From the sequence record SRR20825006_1018: 48,096 nt of DNA; one strand, 5' to 3'. Shown one piece after another: positions 10,510-20,040 of this stretch (the first letter of the stretch is position 1; the number at the start of each line of letters is the position of its first letter). The position numbers were made by a program, and so were the translations under genes. The notes beneath the pieces were generated by a model. The model was not told where the DNA came from and did no database searches. It worked only from the letters and a program-made list of their open reading frames with translations.

Positions 10510-11160
10510 ATGCGGAACGAACTTGTCCTTTCAAAGCTACTCCTCACGAGCCTGCTGGGCTTATGGGTTTCACTCATCGCAAGCGACGTCTCTGCAGACG
10601 ATCGCAAATCGATCTACTTCATCGAAGAAAACTGGGAATTGACTCTGGGCGATCCCGAGCCTGACATCAATTCGCCACAAGTATCCTTCTTCGTCTTTCC
10701 GAACCGAGACGACGAGTCACGTTACTTTGAGTTGCAACTGAACTACGCCGCGGATGCAACCTATTCCAGCGGTGGATTCCGCGTCACGGCGGCGGTCAAC
10801 GACAAGGCGGTCGACCACGAACGCGGTGGAGACTTTCAAAACTGGTCAGCGAGCAACGATTGCATCCGGTGGACGACCGTCATGGCCGTCAAGAACTCTC
10901 GCTATCTCTTTGCAATTAAAAATGGCGAGTCGGCTGATTGGGGAGCCTTCGGAGGCCCCGACTACTTAGTCGAGATGCCACACGAAAGCGGCGATGGCCT
11001 GATGAAATACCATCCCGATACAAGCCTCGCGCATGTCGACATTGGATTTGGTGCTAACCGTGTTCGCTCCATTCGATTGAAAAGTATCCGGGTCGTTTTT
11101 GAGGATGGCAGTGATCAAGTCATCACAGTCAATCTGACACCGACGTCGATCAATTCGTGA
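10510..11160 (+). CDS. Secreted hypothetical protein
   Basis: Signal peptide MRNELVLSKLLLTSLLGLWVSLIASDVSA; beta-rich body; upstream of tadG/tadE. Confidence 0.7.
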   Translation: MRNELVLSKLLLTSLLGLWVSLIASDVSADDRKSIYFIEENWELTLGDPEPDINSPQVSFFVFPNRDDESRYFELQLNYAADATYSSGGFRVTAAVNDKAVDHERGGDFQNWSASNDCIRWTTVMAVKNSRYLFAIKNGESADWGAFGGPDYLVEMPHESGDGLMKYHPDTSLAHVDIGFGANRVRSIRLKSIRVVFEDGSDQVITVNLTPTSINS

Positions 11161-11268
11161 TCGAACGATCGGATCGACGTATCGTGCCAATGCAAAGTGA
11201 ACGAATTCTCAGAAGATTATCCGTTCGTCTCCAACCATCGCGTTCTGCCATCATCCAGTTAAAATCAC

Positions 11269-12423
11269 ATGTCATCCAAATCGATCATCCAACTCCGCTA
11301 TTGCATTCAAGAACCTGAATCCCGACGCGGCGCCGCGGGAATTTTCGGCCTCATACTCTGCGTCGCATTGTTCACAGTTCTGGCGGTGGTTTCAGAATTC
11401 GCCTACATCAACACCGCAAGAACAGAACTCTCCAGGTCCGCAGATTCTGCCGCACTCGCGGGAGCCTGGGCGCTGTATGACGCTCGCGTCAACGGGGACC
11501 ACGATGGCGTGAGCCAGGTAAAGTCTTCAGCGGATCTCATCAGCTCAGCCAACCACATCGGACAAATCCAGGCTCATGTTGGCTCAGTCGATCACGCGGT
11601 CGAGATTGGATCTTACGATCATGCGACTCAAGTCTTTGAGCCAATGAATGATTGGGCGTCGGCCAACGCGGTCCGCGTCAATCTCCATCTGACGAACTCG
11701 GCTCATGGAGAACTTCCCTTGCAGTTGGCTGGATTGACTGGTCGAAAATCGCAAGCTCTTCATCAAAGCGTGACTGCAGCATTCCAACACAATATCAGCG
11801 GGTTCAAGCGTCCACCGAACAATGGAACCAAGATTGACATCTTGCCCATTGCTCTGGATGAGGAAACTTGGCAACTCGTCAGTGACAAACAAACTTCTGA
11901 TGACTTGATGTACTTCAACGGATCGGTCGTGGAAGGAAGCGACGGCTTCCACGAATGCTCACTCTATCCAACGGGAACCGGTGCTCCTGGTAATCGTGGA
12001 ACGGTCGACATTGGATCATCCAACAACAGCACCAGCGATCTTCGCCGCCAGATTCTCTATGGAATCTCGCAAGATGATTTTGATGCTTTGGGACGTGAAT
12101 TGGTCTTTGATGAACACGGCGAACTGTCCTTGAACGGCGACACGGGAATCAGTGCGGGAATCAAAGCCGAACTCAGCTCCATCATCGGTGAGAAAAGGAT
12201 CATTCCGATCTTCCGCAAGGTGCAAGGCAACGGCAACAACGCCAATTACACGATCGTGCGGTGGGAAGGCGTGAGAATCCTCAGCGTGAAGCTAACCGGC
12301 CCGATGAAGAAGAAGCACCTAACGATTCAGCCCACCCCGATGATTGCGAGAGGGTGCGAATTCGACGTCGCAGGCAATGTCCACAGCGAGTTTTTGTACT
12401 CTCCTGCAATGTTGGTGGACTGA
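11269..12423 (+). CDS. TadG-like Flp pilus assembly protein (Tad domain)
   Basis: RRGAAGIFGLILCVALF TM segment followed by ARTELSRSADSAALAGA (Tad domain signature). Confidence 0.8.
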   Translation: MSSKSIIQLRYCIQEPESRRGAAGIFGLILCVALFTVLAVVSEFAYINTARTELSRSADSAALAGAWALYDARVNGDHDGVSQVKSSADLISSANHIGQIQAHVGSVDHAVEIGSYDHATQVFEPMNDWASANAVRVNLHLTNSAHGELPLQLAGLTGRKSQALHQSVTAAFQHNISGFKRPPNNGTKIDILPIALDEETWQLVSDKQTSDDLMYFNGSVVEGSDGFHECSLYPTGTGAPGNRGTVDIGSSNNSTSDLRRQILYGISQDDFDALGRELVFDEHGELSLNGDTGISAGIKAELSSIIGEKRIIPIFRKVQGNGNNANYTIVRWEGVRILSVKLTGPMKKKHLTIQPTPMIARGCEFDVAGNVHSEFLYSPAMLVD

Positions 12424-12427
12424 TCTC

Positions 12428-12937
12428 ATGAAACGTTCATTGAAAGGAAGACCTGCCCACCGGAGACGCGCCGAGTCGAAAGTCTCTCGGGAACAAGGCC
12501 CTCGCAAGAAGACGGAATGCACTGCCAGCACATCTCGACGATCGTCTTTGTTGCGTCATGGCGCTGCGGCCGTCGAATTCGCATTCATTGCCCCGTTGAT
12601 GATCTTCTTGACCTTTGGGCTGATCGAACTCGGAAGACTCAGCATGCTTCGCGACAGCGCGATTCATGCCACCCGCGAGGGCGCTCGAGTTGCAATCAAG
12701 CCATCGGCAACGACGAGCGAAATTTCCTCTCGAGTGGAGGAAGAACTTGGTTTGATGGGAATCAGTGGCGGCAGCTCAACCGTCGATTTCACAAGCGACG
12801 GTTCCACCGGAGTGGAATTGGTCACAGTCAACGTTTACATCCCAATCGCCGAAAACAGCTGGCTACCAAACACTCTCGCGATGGGACACACGAACATCGA
12901 AGGATCCACCACCATGCGACGTGAGAGCAGCAACTGA
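12428..12937 (+). CDS. tadE: TadE/TadG family pseudopilin
   Basis: RHGAAAVEFAFIAPLMIFLTFGLIELGR...HATREGARVA; ATG 4 bp after the upstream stop. Confidence 0.88.
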   Translation: MKRSLKGRPAHRRRAESKVSREQGPRKKTECTASTSRRSSLLRHGAAAVEFAFIAPLMIFLTFGLIELGRLSMLRDSAIHATREGARVAIKPSATTSEISSRVEEELGLMGISGGSSTVDFTSDGSTGVELVTVNVYIPIAENSWLPNTLAMGHTNIEGSTTMRRESSN

Positions 12938-12987
12938 TTTCCAATTGAATTACCAGGATCCTGCTCACACGACTACCGCTTGAACAT

Positions 12988-13024
12988 GAATGTACGGCGT
13001 TGCGTCAACCAACGCCGTACATTC
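12988..13024. terminator. Perfect 15-bp hairpin between convergent genes (probable bidirectional terminator)
   Basis: gaatgtacggcgttg-cgtcaac-caacgccgtacattc. Confidence 0.7.
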
Positions 13025-13039
13025 CATCAACTCCAAATT

Positions 13040-13735
13040 TCAATCTTCTGATTTCGCTCCTTGCTCATCAGATGAGTCGGATGTTTCCTCTTCATCCTTC
13101 GCTGTCGCTGCAGCCTTTTGTTCTTGCTGACGACGCTCTTCTTCGCGTTCCTGGCGTTCTTTTTCCAAAGCCGCATTGGCTTTGTCCAAGTCGGCCTTCG
13201 CGTTGGTGAGTTGTTGTTGCAATTCACCCGATTGAGCTTCCATGTCCTTCTTCAACGTTGTGATTTCCTGCTGAAGCTTTTGACTTTGCTGCAGAGCTAA
13301 CTTCTCAGCTTGCTGGGCCAATTCACGAGCCGCGGTCGACTGTTGTTCAGCTTTCTTGGCTCGCTCAGTTTGGGCTGCGACATCGGCTTTCAAAGCAGCG
13401 ATCTGCTCTTCCAAAGAAGCGACCTTCTCGTTTGCTTCCGCGATCTCGGCGTCTTTCTCTTCTAAGGATTGGTTGGCCGCCGCGACTTCATCTCGCAATG
13501 CAACCAGCTCGGTCGTCAACGCGACGTTCAATTCGCTGGGATTGTCCAATCTGCCCATGTCGTGAGCGGTCATTCCACCAGCAACGGACGAGCAGCTCGT
13601 GACCTCGGTGGGGCACGCGGTAGCGGTCACGCATTTTGGGGCACAGGTGTTTTTGCAAAAACAATCGCCTGCGAAACTGGGTGCGGCGAACGAAAGGGCC
13701 AGCGTGAATGCGGCCGTCGAAGTCTTCTTCATCAT
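13040..13735 (-). CDS. Secreted coiled-coil protein with Cys-rich N-terminus
   Basis: Signal peptide MKKTSTAAFTLALSFAAPSFA, then CFCKNTC..C..C..C, then a long E/K/Q/A heptad region. Confidence 0.75.
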   Translation of the reverse strand: MMKKTSTAAFTLALSFAAPSFAGDCFCKNTCAPKCVTATACPTEVTSCSSVAGGMTAHDMGRLDNPSELNVALTTELVALRDEVAAANQSLEEKDAEIAEANEKVASLEEQIAALKADVAAQTERAKKAEQQSTAARELAQQAEKLALQQSQKLQQEITTLKKDMEAQSGELQQQLTNAKADLDKANAALEKERQEREEERRQQEQKAAATAKDEEETSDSSDEQGAKSED

Positions 13736-13878
13736 GGTGTCGATCTTCTAGGGTGGGTCAAAACAGGTGGGATCGGAGCCGGTCGCTCCTATTCGCGACA
13801 TCTCCGATTTCATCCTAGTTGCGACCGCCGATCGCACAGCAAAAAATCCGCCAAACCGCCATCAACGAGGGCATCCCC

Positions 13879-15384
13879 TCAAAACAACTCGTCTTCACGC
13901 GCCATTTCGACCAATCGTTCAAGCTCCGCCGGATGGTCTTTTGAAACATCGTTTTTTTCGCCCGGATCGGACGCCAAATCAAACAGTTTCCAACCGTCCT
14001 CGTTGACGACGGGTTTGCTATTTCCGCTGCGTCGCTTCTTTGTTCCGCCCGGATAATTCACCGCTTTCCATGTTCCGGAACGAAGTCCAACCGACGTCGG
14101 CCCTTCGCTGCTGGCCCAGTACAAATAGCGGTGCTTGGTTTGCTTCTTCGGTTGATCCAGCAAAGCGGGCAGGTAGGAAATCCCATCGATATCGGCAGGC
14201 GGTTCTGCACCAGCCAACTCACACGCGGTCGGCAAGAAATCCCAAAACGCGGAAGGGTGATCGCTGATCGTTCCTGGTTCAATTGTGCCGGACCACTTCG
14301 CGATGAAAGGCACACGAATACCTCCTTCGTGCATCGAACGCTTGCTGCCTTGAAGTGGACCGCTGCTGTTGAAGAACAGATCGCTGTGACCGCCTTCGTG
14401 ATGCGGCCCGTTGTCGGACGTGAAGATCACCAACGTCTTTTCGGACAACTTGAGTTCCTCGAGCAGATCCATCAGACGGCCCATGTCGCGATCCATTCGC
14501 GTGATCATCGCCGCGAATCCTTTTTCTGGGTTGGGCCATCCTTCATCGGCGTAAATGCCATAGTCCGGCACCTCCATTCCGTCGCCGTTCAGTCGGCCGC
14601 CCTCGTTGTTGGCATGAGGGATCGTCCAATGGACGTGCAACAGGAAAGGATCGGACCGATGTTCGCGGATGAAATCAAACGCCGCGTCCGTCATCACGTC
14701 GTGTGAATAGGTTTCTCGTTTGACTGCAACGCGACCGCGAGCGATCGGATCGGTGCTGATCACGTTGCCGGGAAAGAACCGCCGTTCGTAGTTCTGCCAC
14801 AGGAACCTCGGGTAGTAGTTGTGGGCGTTGGATTGATTCATGTAGCCCGTCCAAGCATCAAATCCGTTGGCGAGCGGATGACCTGGGTTCTCGATCTCTT
14901 CGGGAACATCCACGTTGCCGAGAGCCCATTTGCCGACTCCACCGGTTGCGTACCCAGCATCCGAAAGCAACGAAGCCACGGTCGGTTGCTCGCCCGTCAA
15001 ATTGCGAGCCGCATTGCCAATCAATCCGGTGCTGCCGACATGTTTGCCCGTCCACAGCGTCAACCGAGAAGGGCGACACACCGTGTGCCCGGCGTAGTGA
15101 TCGGTGAACCGAATTCCATCCGCGGCCATTTGATCCAGATGCGGTGTCTGAACCCGAGTTTGGCCGTAACACCCAAGGTCGCCATAACCAAGGTCATCGG
15201 CCATCACGTAAATGATGTTGGGCCGCAATGCGTCCCCACTGGCGGGCGAATCTGCTTTGCTCGACTCGTCGCCTGAGACGACTTGGCAACTCACGGCGAT
15301 GCAGCAAAACGCCAACGCCAAACGCGACAAAGATCGCAGGAATTGAGACGATGTTTGGATTGGGGCGATCCTCGCGAGGTTCAT
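13879..15384 (-). CDS. Arylsulfatase (S1, formylglycine-dependent)
   Basis: RPNIIYVMADDLGYGDLGCYG, CRPSR active-site motif, GKW, FTSDNG, EGGIRVP. Confidence 0.95.
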   Translation of the reverse strand: MNLARIAPIQTSSQFLRSLSRLALAFCCIAVSCQVVSGDESSKADSPASGDALRPNIIYVMADDLGYGDLGCYGQTRVQTPHLDQMAADGIRFTDHYAGHTVCRPSRLTLWTGKHVGSTGLIGNAARNLTGEQPTVASLLSDAGYATGGVGKWALGNVDVPEEIENPGHPLANGFDAWTGYMNQSNAHNYYPRFLWQNYERRFFPGNVISTDPIARGRVAVKRETYSHDVMTDAAFDFIREHRSDPFLLHVHWTIPHANNEGGRLNGDGMEVPDYGIYADEGWPNPEKGFAAMITRMDRDMGRLMDLLEELKLSEKTLVIFTSDNGPHHEGGHSDLFFNSSGPLQGSKRSMHEGGIRVPFIAKWSGTIEPGTISDHPSAFWDFLPTACELAGAEPPADIDGISYLPALLDQPKKQTKHRYLYWASSEGPTSVGLRSGTWKAVNYPGGTKKRRSGNSKPVVNEDGWKLFDLASDPGEKNDVSKDHPAELERLVEMAREDELF

Positions 15385-15493
15385 ATTTCGGTTCTAATCA
15401 ATGGTCATCAATTGAGTTCGGCAGGGGTGCCACGATCCTTTTCAGATTAACATGCCGACGAACACAATGAACGACGACCTAGGAAAACACGCA

Positions 15494-17575
15494 ATGAACG
15501 CTCGGCGAATCTTCTGCACCACCCTTCTGATACTCTGTTTCAGTGTCGCGAATCTTGCTGACGGTGCAGAGAATGAAAGCACTCAAGCAACGCGTCCCAA
15601 CGTACTGTTGATCATGGTTGATGACCTCGGGTACTCGGACCTGGGTTGCTACGGCAGTGAAATCGAAACGCCCAACCTGGACGCGTTGGCGGACAACGGA
15701 TTGCGTTTCTCGCAGTTCTACAACACCGCGAAATGCCACTCCTCACGCGTGTCGTTGCTGACCGGGCAATACTGCATCGCCGCGGGAGACACCTCGCTGT
15801 CGCATGCCGTCACCAGCGCCGAAGTGCTCGCAGCGGACGGATACTTCACGGCCATGTCCGGAAAATGGCACCTCGACAAACAGCCCACCGATTTCGGTTT
15901 CCAGCGTTACTTTGGTCACCTCAGTGGCGCCTGCAACTACTTTCGCGGCGACAACACATTCCGTTTGAATGGCGAACCGTGGACCGTTCCTGACAAGGAC
16001 TTCTACACCACGGTTGCGGATGTCGACTACGCGATGCAGTTCCTCAACGAAGCCGAAGAGACCACCGATCCGTGGTTTCTTTACGTCGCCTTCAATGCAC
16101 CGCACGCACCGCTGCAAGCCTTGCCCGAAGACTACGCCAAATACAAAGGCCGCTACGACGAGGGCTGGGACAAAATTCGCGAGCGACGTGTCCAGCGGCA
16201 ACACGAACTCGGTCTTCTGCCGAAGACGTCCCAACCCAGCGAGCGACCTGCGCACATTCCCGCTTGGGACACTTTGTCCGAGAAACGACAAACATTTGAA
16301 AACAAACGCATGACGGCGTTGGCGGGCATGATCGATCGCGTGGACCAAGAGGTCGGCCGGTTGATCGAACATCTTGAAGAAACCGGTGAACTCGACAACA
16401 CGTTGATCTGGTTCGTTTCGGACAACGGTGCTTGCCCGTACGATCGAATCAGCCAAAAGATTGAAGCGGAACCCACCAGTGGCGATGTCTCCTGGAGCGA
16501 TTCAACCGGATGGGCCTGGGCTCGCAACTCACCGTTCCGGCTGTACAAACAAAATCAAACCGAAGGTGGTATCAGCACGCCGGCGATCGTTCATTGGCCA
16601 GCGGGTCTGAAAACCAAACCTGGCAGCATCCAGCGCAGCCCGGCTCACTTGATTGACATTCTGCCGACCATTGCCGATGCCGCCGACAGCACCGTCCCAA
16701 CGACGTTCGCCGATCGTGATCTGCGACCGGTGTCGGGCCAATCGTTGCTGCCGATCTTCGAAGGTGAAACCATCGAGCGTGAGCAACCGATTCACTTGTT
16801 GTTTTCATCCGACCGAGGCCTTCGCGATGGCGATTGGAAGATCGTCAGCTTCCGTAAAGAACCATGGGAACTTTACAACATCGCGACCGACCGGATGGAG
16901 CAGCACAACCTCGCTCACCAGCAACGTGATCGCCTGACGCAAATGGCTCAGAAGTGGAACGAAATGGCAAAGGAGGTCCTGCACACTCAAACCTTCGATC
17001 CCAAGTTCGGAGTTCCGTCAAACAAACCGGTCTCGATGACAGCCACTCACCCTGAGTGGACGGATTTTTCCGTTGATCCCCAAAACAATGTTCGAGGCGG
17101 CACCGGCCGCAAAAAGGCCCCCAAGTCCGCTTCCAGCAACAAGCAAACAACAAGCGGTTCCATCCGAGCCCGCAAGAACACGCGGCTTGAACGACGCGAA
17201 TCCGAATTGCATCTTACGTTCACTGGTGACGATCCAGGAATCGCGATTGATCGTCTGCCGGAGAACCTGCCACCGGGACCCTATCGATTGGCGTTCGATC
17301 TATTGAGCGAAGCCGAAGGCAACGGCGAAGTGTTCTACACAACCACGCCTGACCAGTCCCTACCCAAGGGCCAACACATCCCGATCGAAATCGAATCCGA
17401 TGGGCAATGGCATTCGCACACAATCTCCCTCGGTGACACGACCAAAATCTATCGATTGCGATTGGACATTAGTGAAGGAAAAGGACTGGCTCAAATTCGA
17501 GACCTAAGACTGCTGTCATCCCAAAATGAACCGGTAATTCGCTGGCCAATCGCGAAGATCAAGGTTCTGAAGTGA
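15494..17575 (+). CDS. Arylsulfatase with C-terminal accessory beta-sandwich domain
   Basis: RPNVLLIMVDDLGYSDLGCYG, CHSSR, GKWHL, SDNG. RBS-like aggaaaa before ATG 15494. Confidence 0.92.
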   Translation: MNARRIFCTTLLILCFSVANLADGAENESTQATRPNVLLIMVDDLGYSDLGCYGSEIETPNLDALADNGLRFSQFYNTAKCHSSRVSLLTGQYCIAAGDTSLSHAVTSAEVLAADGYFTAMSGKWHLDKQPTDFGFQRYFGHLSGACNYFRGDNTFRLNGEPWTVPDKDFYTTVADVDYAMQFLNEAEETTDPWFLYVAFNAPHAPLQALPEDYAKYKGRYDEGWDKIRERRVQRQHELGLLPKTSQPSERPAHIPAWDTLSEKRQTFENKRMTALAGMIDRVDQEVGRLIEHLEETGELDNTLIWFVSDNGACPYDRISQKIEAEPTSGDVSWSDSTGWAWARNSPFRLYKQNQTEGGISTPAIVHWPAGLKTKPGSIQRSPAHLIDILPTIADAADSTVPTTFADRDLRPVSGQSLLPIFEGETIEREQPIHLLFSSDRGLRDGDWKIVSFRKEPWELYNIATDRMEQHNLAHQQRDRLTQMAQKWNEMAKEVLHTQTFDPKFGVPSNKPVSMTATHPEWTDFSVDPQNNVRGGTGRKKAPKSASSNKQTTSGSIRARKNTRLERRESELHLTFTGDDPGIAIDRLPENLPPGPYRLAFDLLSEAEGNGEVFYTTTPDQSLPKGQHIPIEIESDGQWHSHTISLGDTTKIYRLRLDISEGKGLAQIRDLRLLSSQNEPVIRWPIAKIKVLK

Positions 17576-17706
17576 GTCTCGTTCGGACGGGAAAATTCTT
17601 GTCGTCAGCCCGTGAGATGGGCGAACAAAAAGCCACCTTTGGCTATGCTATTGGGTTCCCCATCCCACCTTGCAAACCCACCCCACAACGAGAAGTGATC
17701 CCTGGA

Positions 17707-20040
17707 ATGCAGTACCACCAGAGCTCCCGATCATCGGATTTGAACCGCCCATCCACTTTTGTTTGGCTTTGCCTTGCGTTGATGGCCATGGCCTCGGCGA
17801 CGATGGCAACCACATCCACGAAAGCGGCGGATGTGTTTGTCGAAGCCGAGAGTTTTGACACCCACGGTGGCTGGAAATTGGACACCCAATTCATCCAGCA
17901 AATGGGGTCGCCGTACTTGATCGCTCATGGACTGGGGCAACCGGTCGATGATGCGACCACCAACGTTGCGATCCCCGAGTCCGGCAAGTACCGGGTCTGG
18001 GTTCGCACGATTGACTGGGTTCGTCGCTGGGACGCGTCGCCTTCCCCGGGAAAATTCGAACTCCACGTCGACGGCAAAAAACTCGACACCACCTTTGGCA
18101 CCCAACATGCCAAATGGGATTGGCAAGACGGTGGCGTGGTTTCGTTGGACAAGGGTGACCACACACTGTCGCTAAAAGATCAAACCGGTTTTGATGGTCG
18201 CTGCGATTGCATCTATCTGACTACCGAACTGGACGAAACACCGCCTGCCGTGGACGACGTCTTGTCGCCGTGGCGTCGTGGCAAACTGGGCCTTCCCGAG
18301 CAACCTGTCACCAAAGGCCCTTATGACTTGGTCGTCGTGGGTGGCGGTTACGCTGGCATGGCGTCGGCGATTTCAGCGGCTCGAATGGGATGCCGCGTGG
18401 CATTGATTCAAGACCGCGGCGTGTTGGGCGGCAACGGTTCCAGCGAAGTGCGAGTGTGGGCGATGGGCAACATCCGTCGCGGCAAGTTCCCTCGCATCGG
18501 CGAGATCGTCGAAGAGTTCTCTGACAAAGCCACCAAGTCACCCGGCACCTACGAGGAGTTCGGCGATGAACAAAAAGAAGAGATCGTCACAGCCGAACCG
18601 AACATCGATCTGCTGCTGAACCATCACGCTTACGCGGTGAAGATGAAAGCGGACAGCGAAACCAAGCAAATCGAACACGTCCTGGCCTTGAACACGAAAA
18701 CCGGCGAAGACCTGCGAGTTGCCGGCGACCGTTTCGTCGACTGCACCGGCCATGGATGGATCGGCGAGTGGGCCAACGCGGATTTGGACATCACCGACAA
18801 AGGCCGCATGGGCATGAGCAACATGTGGCGTTGGGACGAAGTCCAGCAGGCTCCTGAATTCCCCGCCACGCCTTGGGCGTTGCCACTGAACATGGACGAC
18901 TTCCCGTACCCACGTGACCACCACGGCCAATGGTTCTGGGAAAGTGGTTTTGACATCGATCCACTCGGCGACGCCGAAGCGATCCGTGACTGGAACCTGC
19001 GAGCCGTCTACGGCGCGTTCAACGCGATGAAGAATGGTGACGGTGCCGCCGATCACCCAAACGCTCAATTGACCTGGGTGGCTTACATCGGTGGCCCTCG
19101 AGAAAGTCGCCGACTGCTTGGCGACGTGGTCCTGAACCAAGAGGACATCGTCAGCAAACGCGAATTTCCGGATGGCTGCGTCCCCAGCACTTGGTCGATC
19201 GACCTGCACTACCCCAAGAAAGAATTCGCGGACAAGTTTCCCGAGAACCCTTTCATCAGCATTGCCGTTCACGACCGCCGCGTGGATCGTTCGTACGGCT
19301 ACCCGGTTCCGTATCGCTGTTTCTACAGCCGCAACGTCGACAACTTGTTCATGGCCGGTCGAAACATCAGTGTCACGCACGAAGCCCTCGGCACCGTTCG
19401 CGTGATGAAGACGTGCGGCATGATGGGCGAGGTCGTCGGCAAAGCCGCCTCTCTTTGCACGCTGAACGATTGCACTCCTCGCGACATCTACGAAGAACAC
19501 TTGGACGACCTGCTGGAACTGCTCGAACTGCCTGGCAAGGCTCGCCGAAGCACGCCTTCCGCGACGATCGTGATCCCGGATGACGCGATGGAAAAAGCTG
19601 GCCCGTACGGCCCCATGTCAGGCTTGGATCCCGAGAAATTGCCCGGCATCGTGATCGATGATCGACAAGCCAAGACGAAAGGCAAATGGGCCAAGGGACA
19701 AGGCCTCAAGGGCTACGTCGGCTGGGAATACCGCTACGCATCGGCCAATTCCGGCGCGACCGCGACCTTCCAAACCAAGTTGAAGGAAGCCGGTCAGTAC
19801 GAGCTACAGATCTACAGTGCCCCTCATGAAAATCGTGCCACGAAGCTAGCCATCACCGTGACCGCGCCCGGCCAAGAACCGAAAACCGTTCGGATCAACC
19901 AACGCGACACGCAAGGCGGTGCGATTCCGGCCGGTAAGTACTTCCTGCCCGCGGGCGCCGAAGTGACCGTCGACTTCTCCGCCAAAGACTCGGGCGGCAC
20001 GGTGCACCTTGATGCGATTGGATGGGTCAAACAACCTTGA
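17707..20040 (+). CDS. Secreted FAD-dependent oxidoreductase (FAD_oxidored family) with CBM-like terminal domains
   Basis: YDLVVVGGGYAGMASAISAARMG Rossmann motif; LGGNGSSE; RESRRLLG; PYRCFYSRNVDNLFMAGRNIS. Start uncertain (ORF begins 17572). Confidence 0.88.
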   Translation: MQYHQSSRSSDLNRPSTFVWLCLALMAMASATMATTSTKAADVFVEAESFDTHGGWKLDTQFIQQMGSPYLIAHGLGQPVDDATTNVAIPESGKYRVWVRTIDWVRRWDASPSPGKFELHVDGKKLDTTFGTQHAKWDWQDGGVVSLDKGDHTLSLKDQTGFDGRCDCIYLTTELDETPPAVDDVLSPWRRGKLGLPEQPVTKGPYDLVVVGGGYAGMASAISAARMGCRVALIQDRGVLGGNGSSEVRVWAMGNIRRGKFPRIGEIVEEFSDKATKSPGTYEEFGDEQKEEIVTAEPNIDLLLNHHAYAVKMKADSETKQIEHVLALNTKTGEDLRVAGDRFVDCTGHGWIGEWANADLDITDKGRMGMSNMWRWDEVQQAPEFPATPWALPLNMDDFPYPRDHHGQWFWESGFDIDPLGDAEAIRDWNLRAVYGAFNAMKNGDGAADHPNAQLTWVAYIGGPRESRRLLGDVVLNQEDIVSKREFPDGCVPSTWSIDLHYPKKEFADKFPENPFISIAVHDRRVDRSYGYPVPYRCFYSRNVDNLFMAGRNISVTHEALGTVRVMKTCGMMGEVVGKAASLCTLNDCTPRDIYEEHLDDLLELLELPGKARRSTPSATIVIPDDAMEKAGPYGPMSGLDPEKLPGIVIDDRQAKTKGKWAKGQGLKGYVGWEYRYASANSGATATFQTKLKEAGQYELQIYSAPHENRATKLAITVTAPGQEPKTVRINQRDTQGGAIPAGKYFLPAGAEVTVDFSAKDSGGTVHLDAIGWVKQP

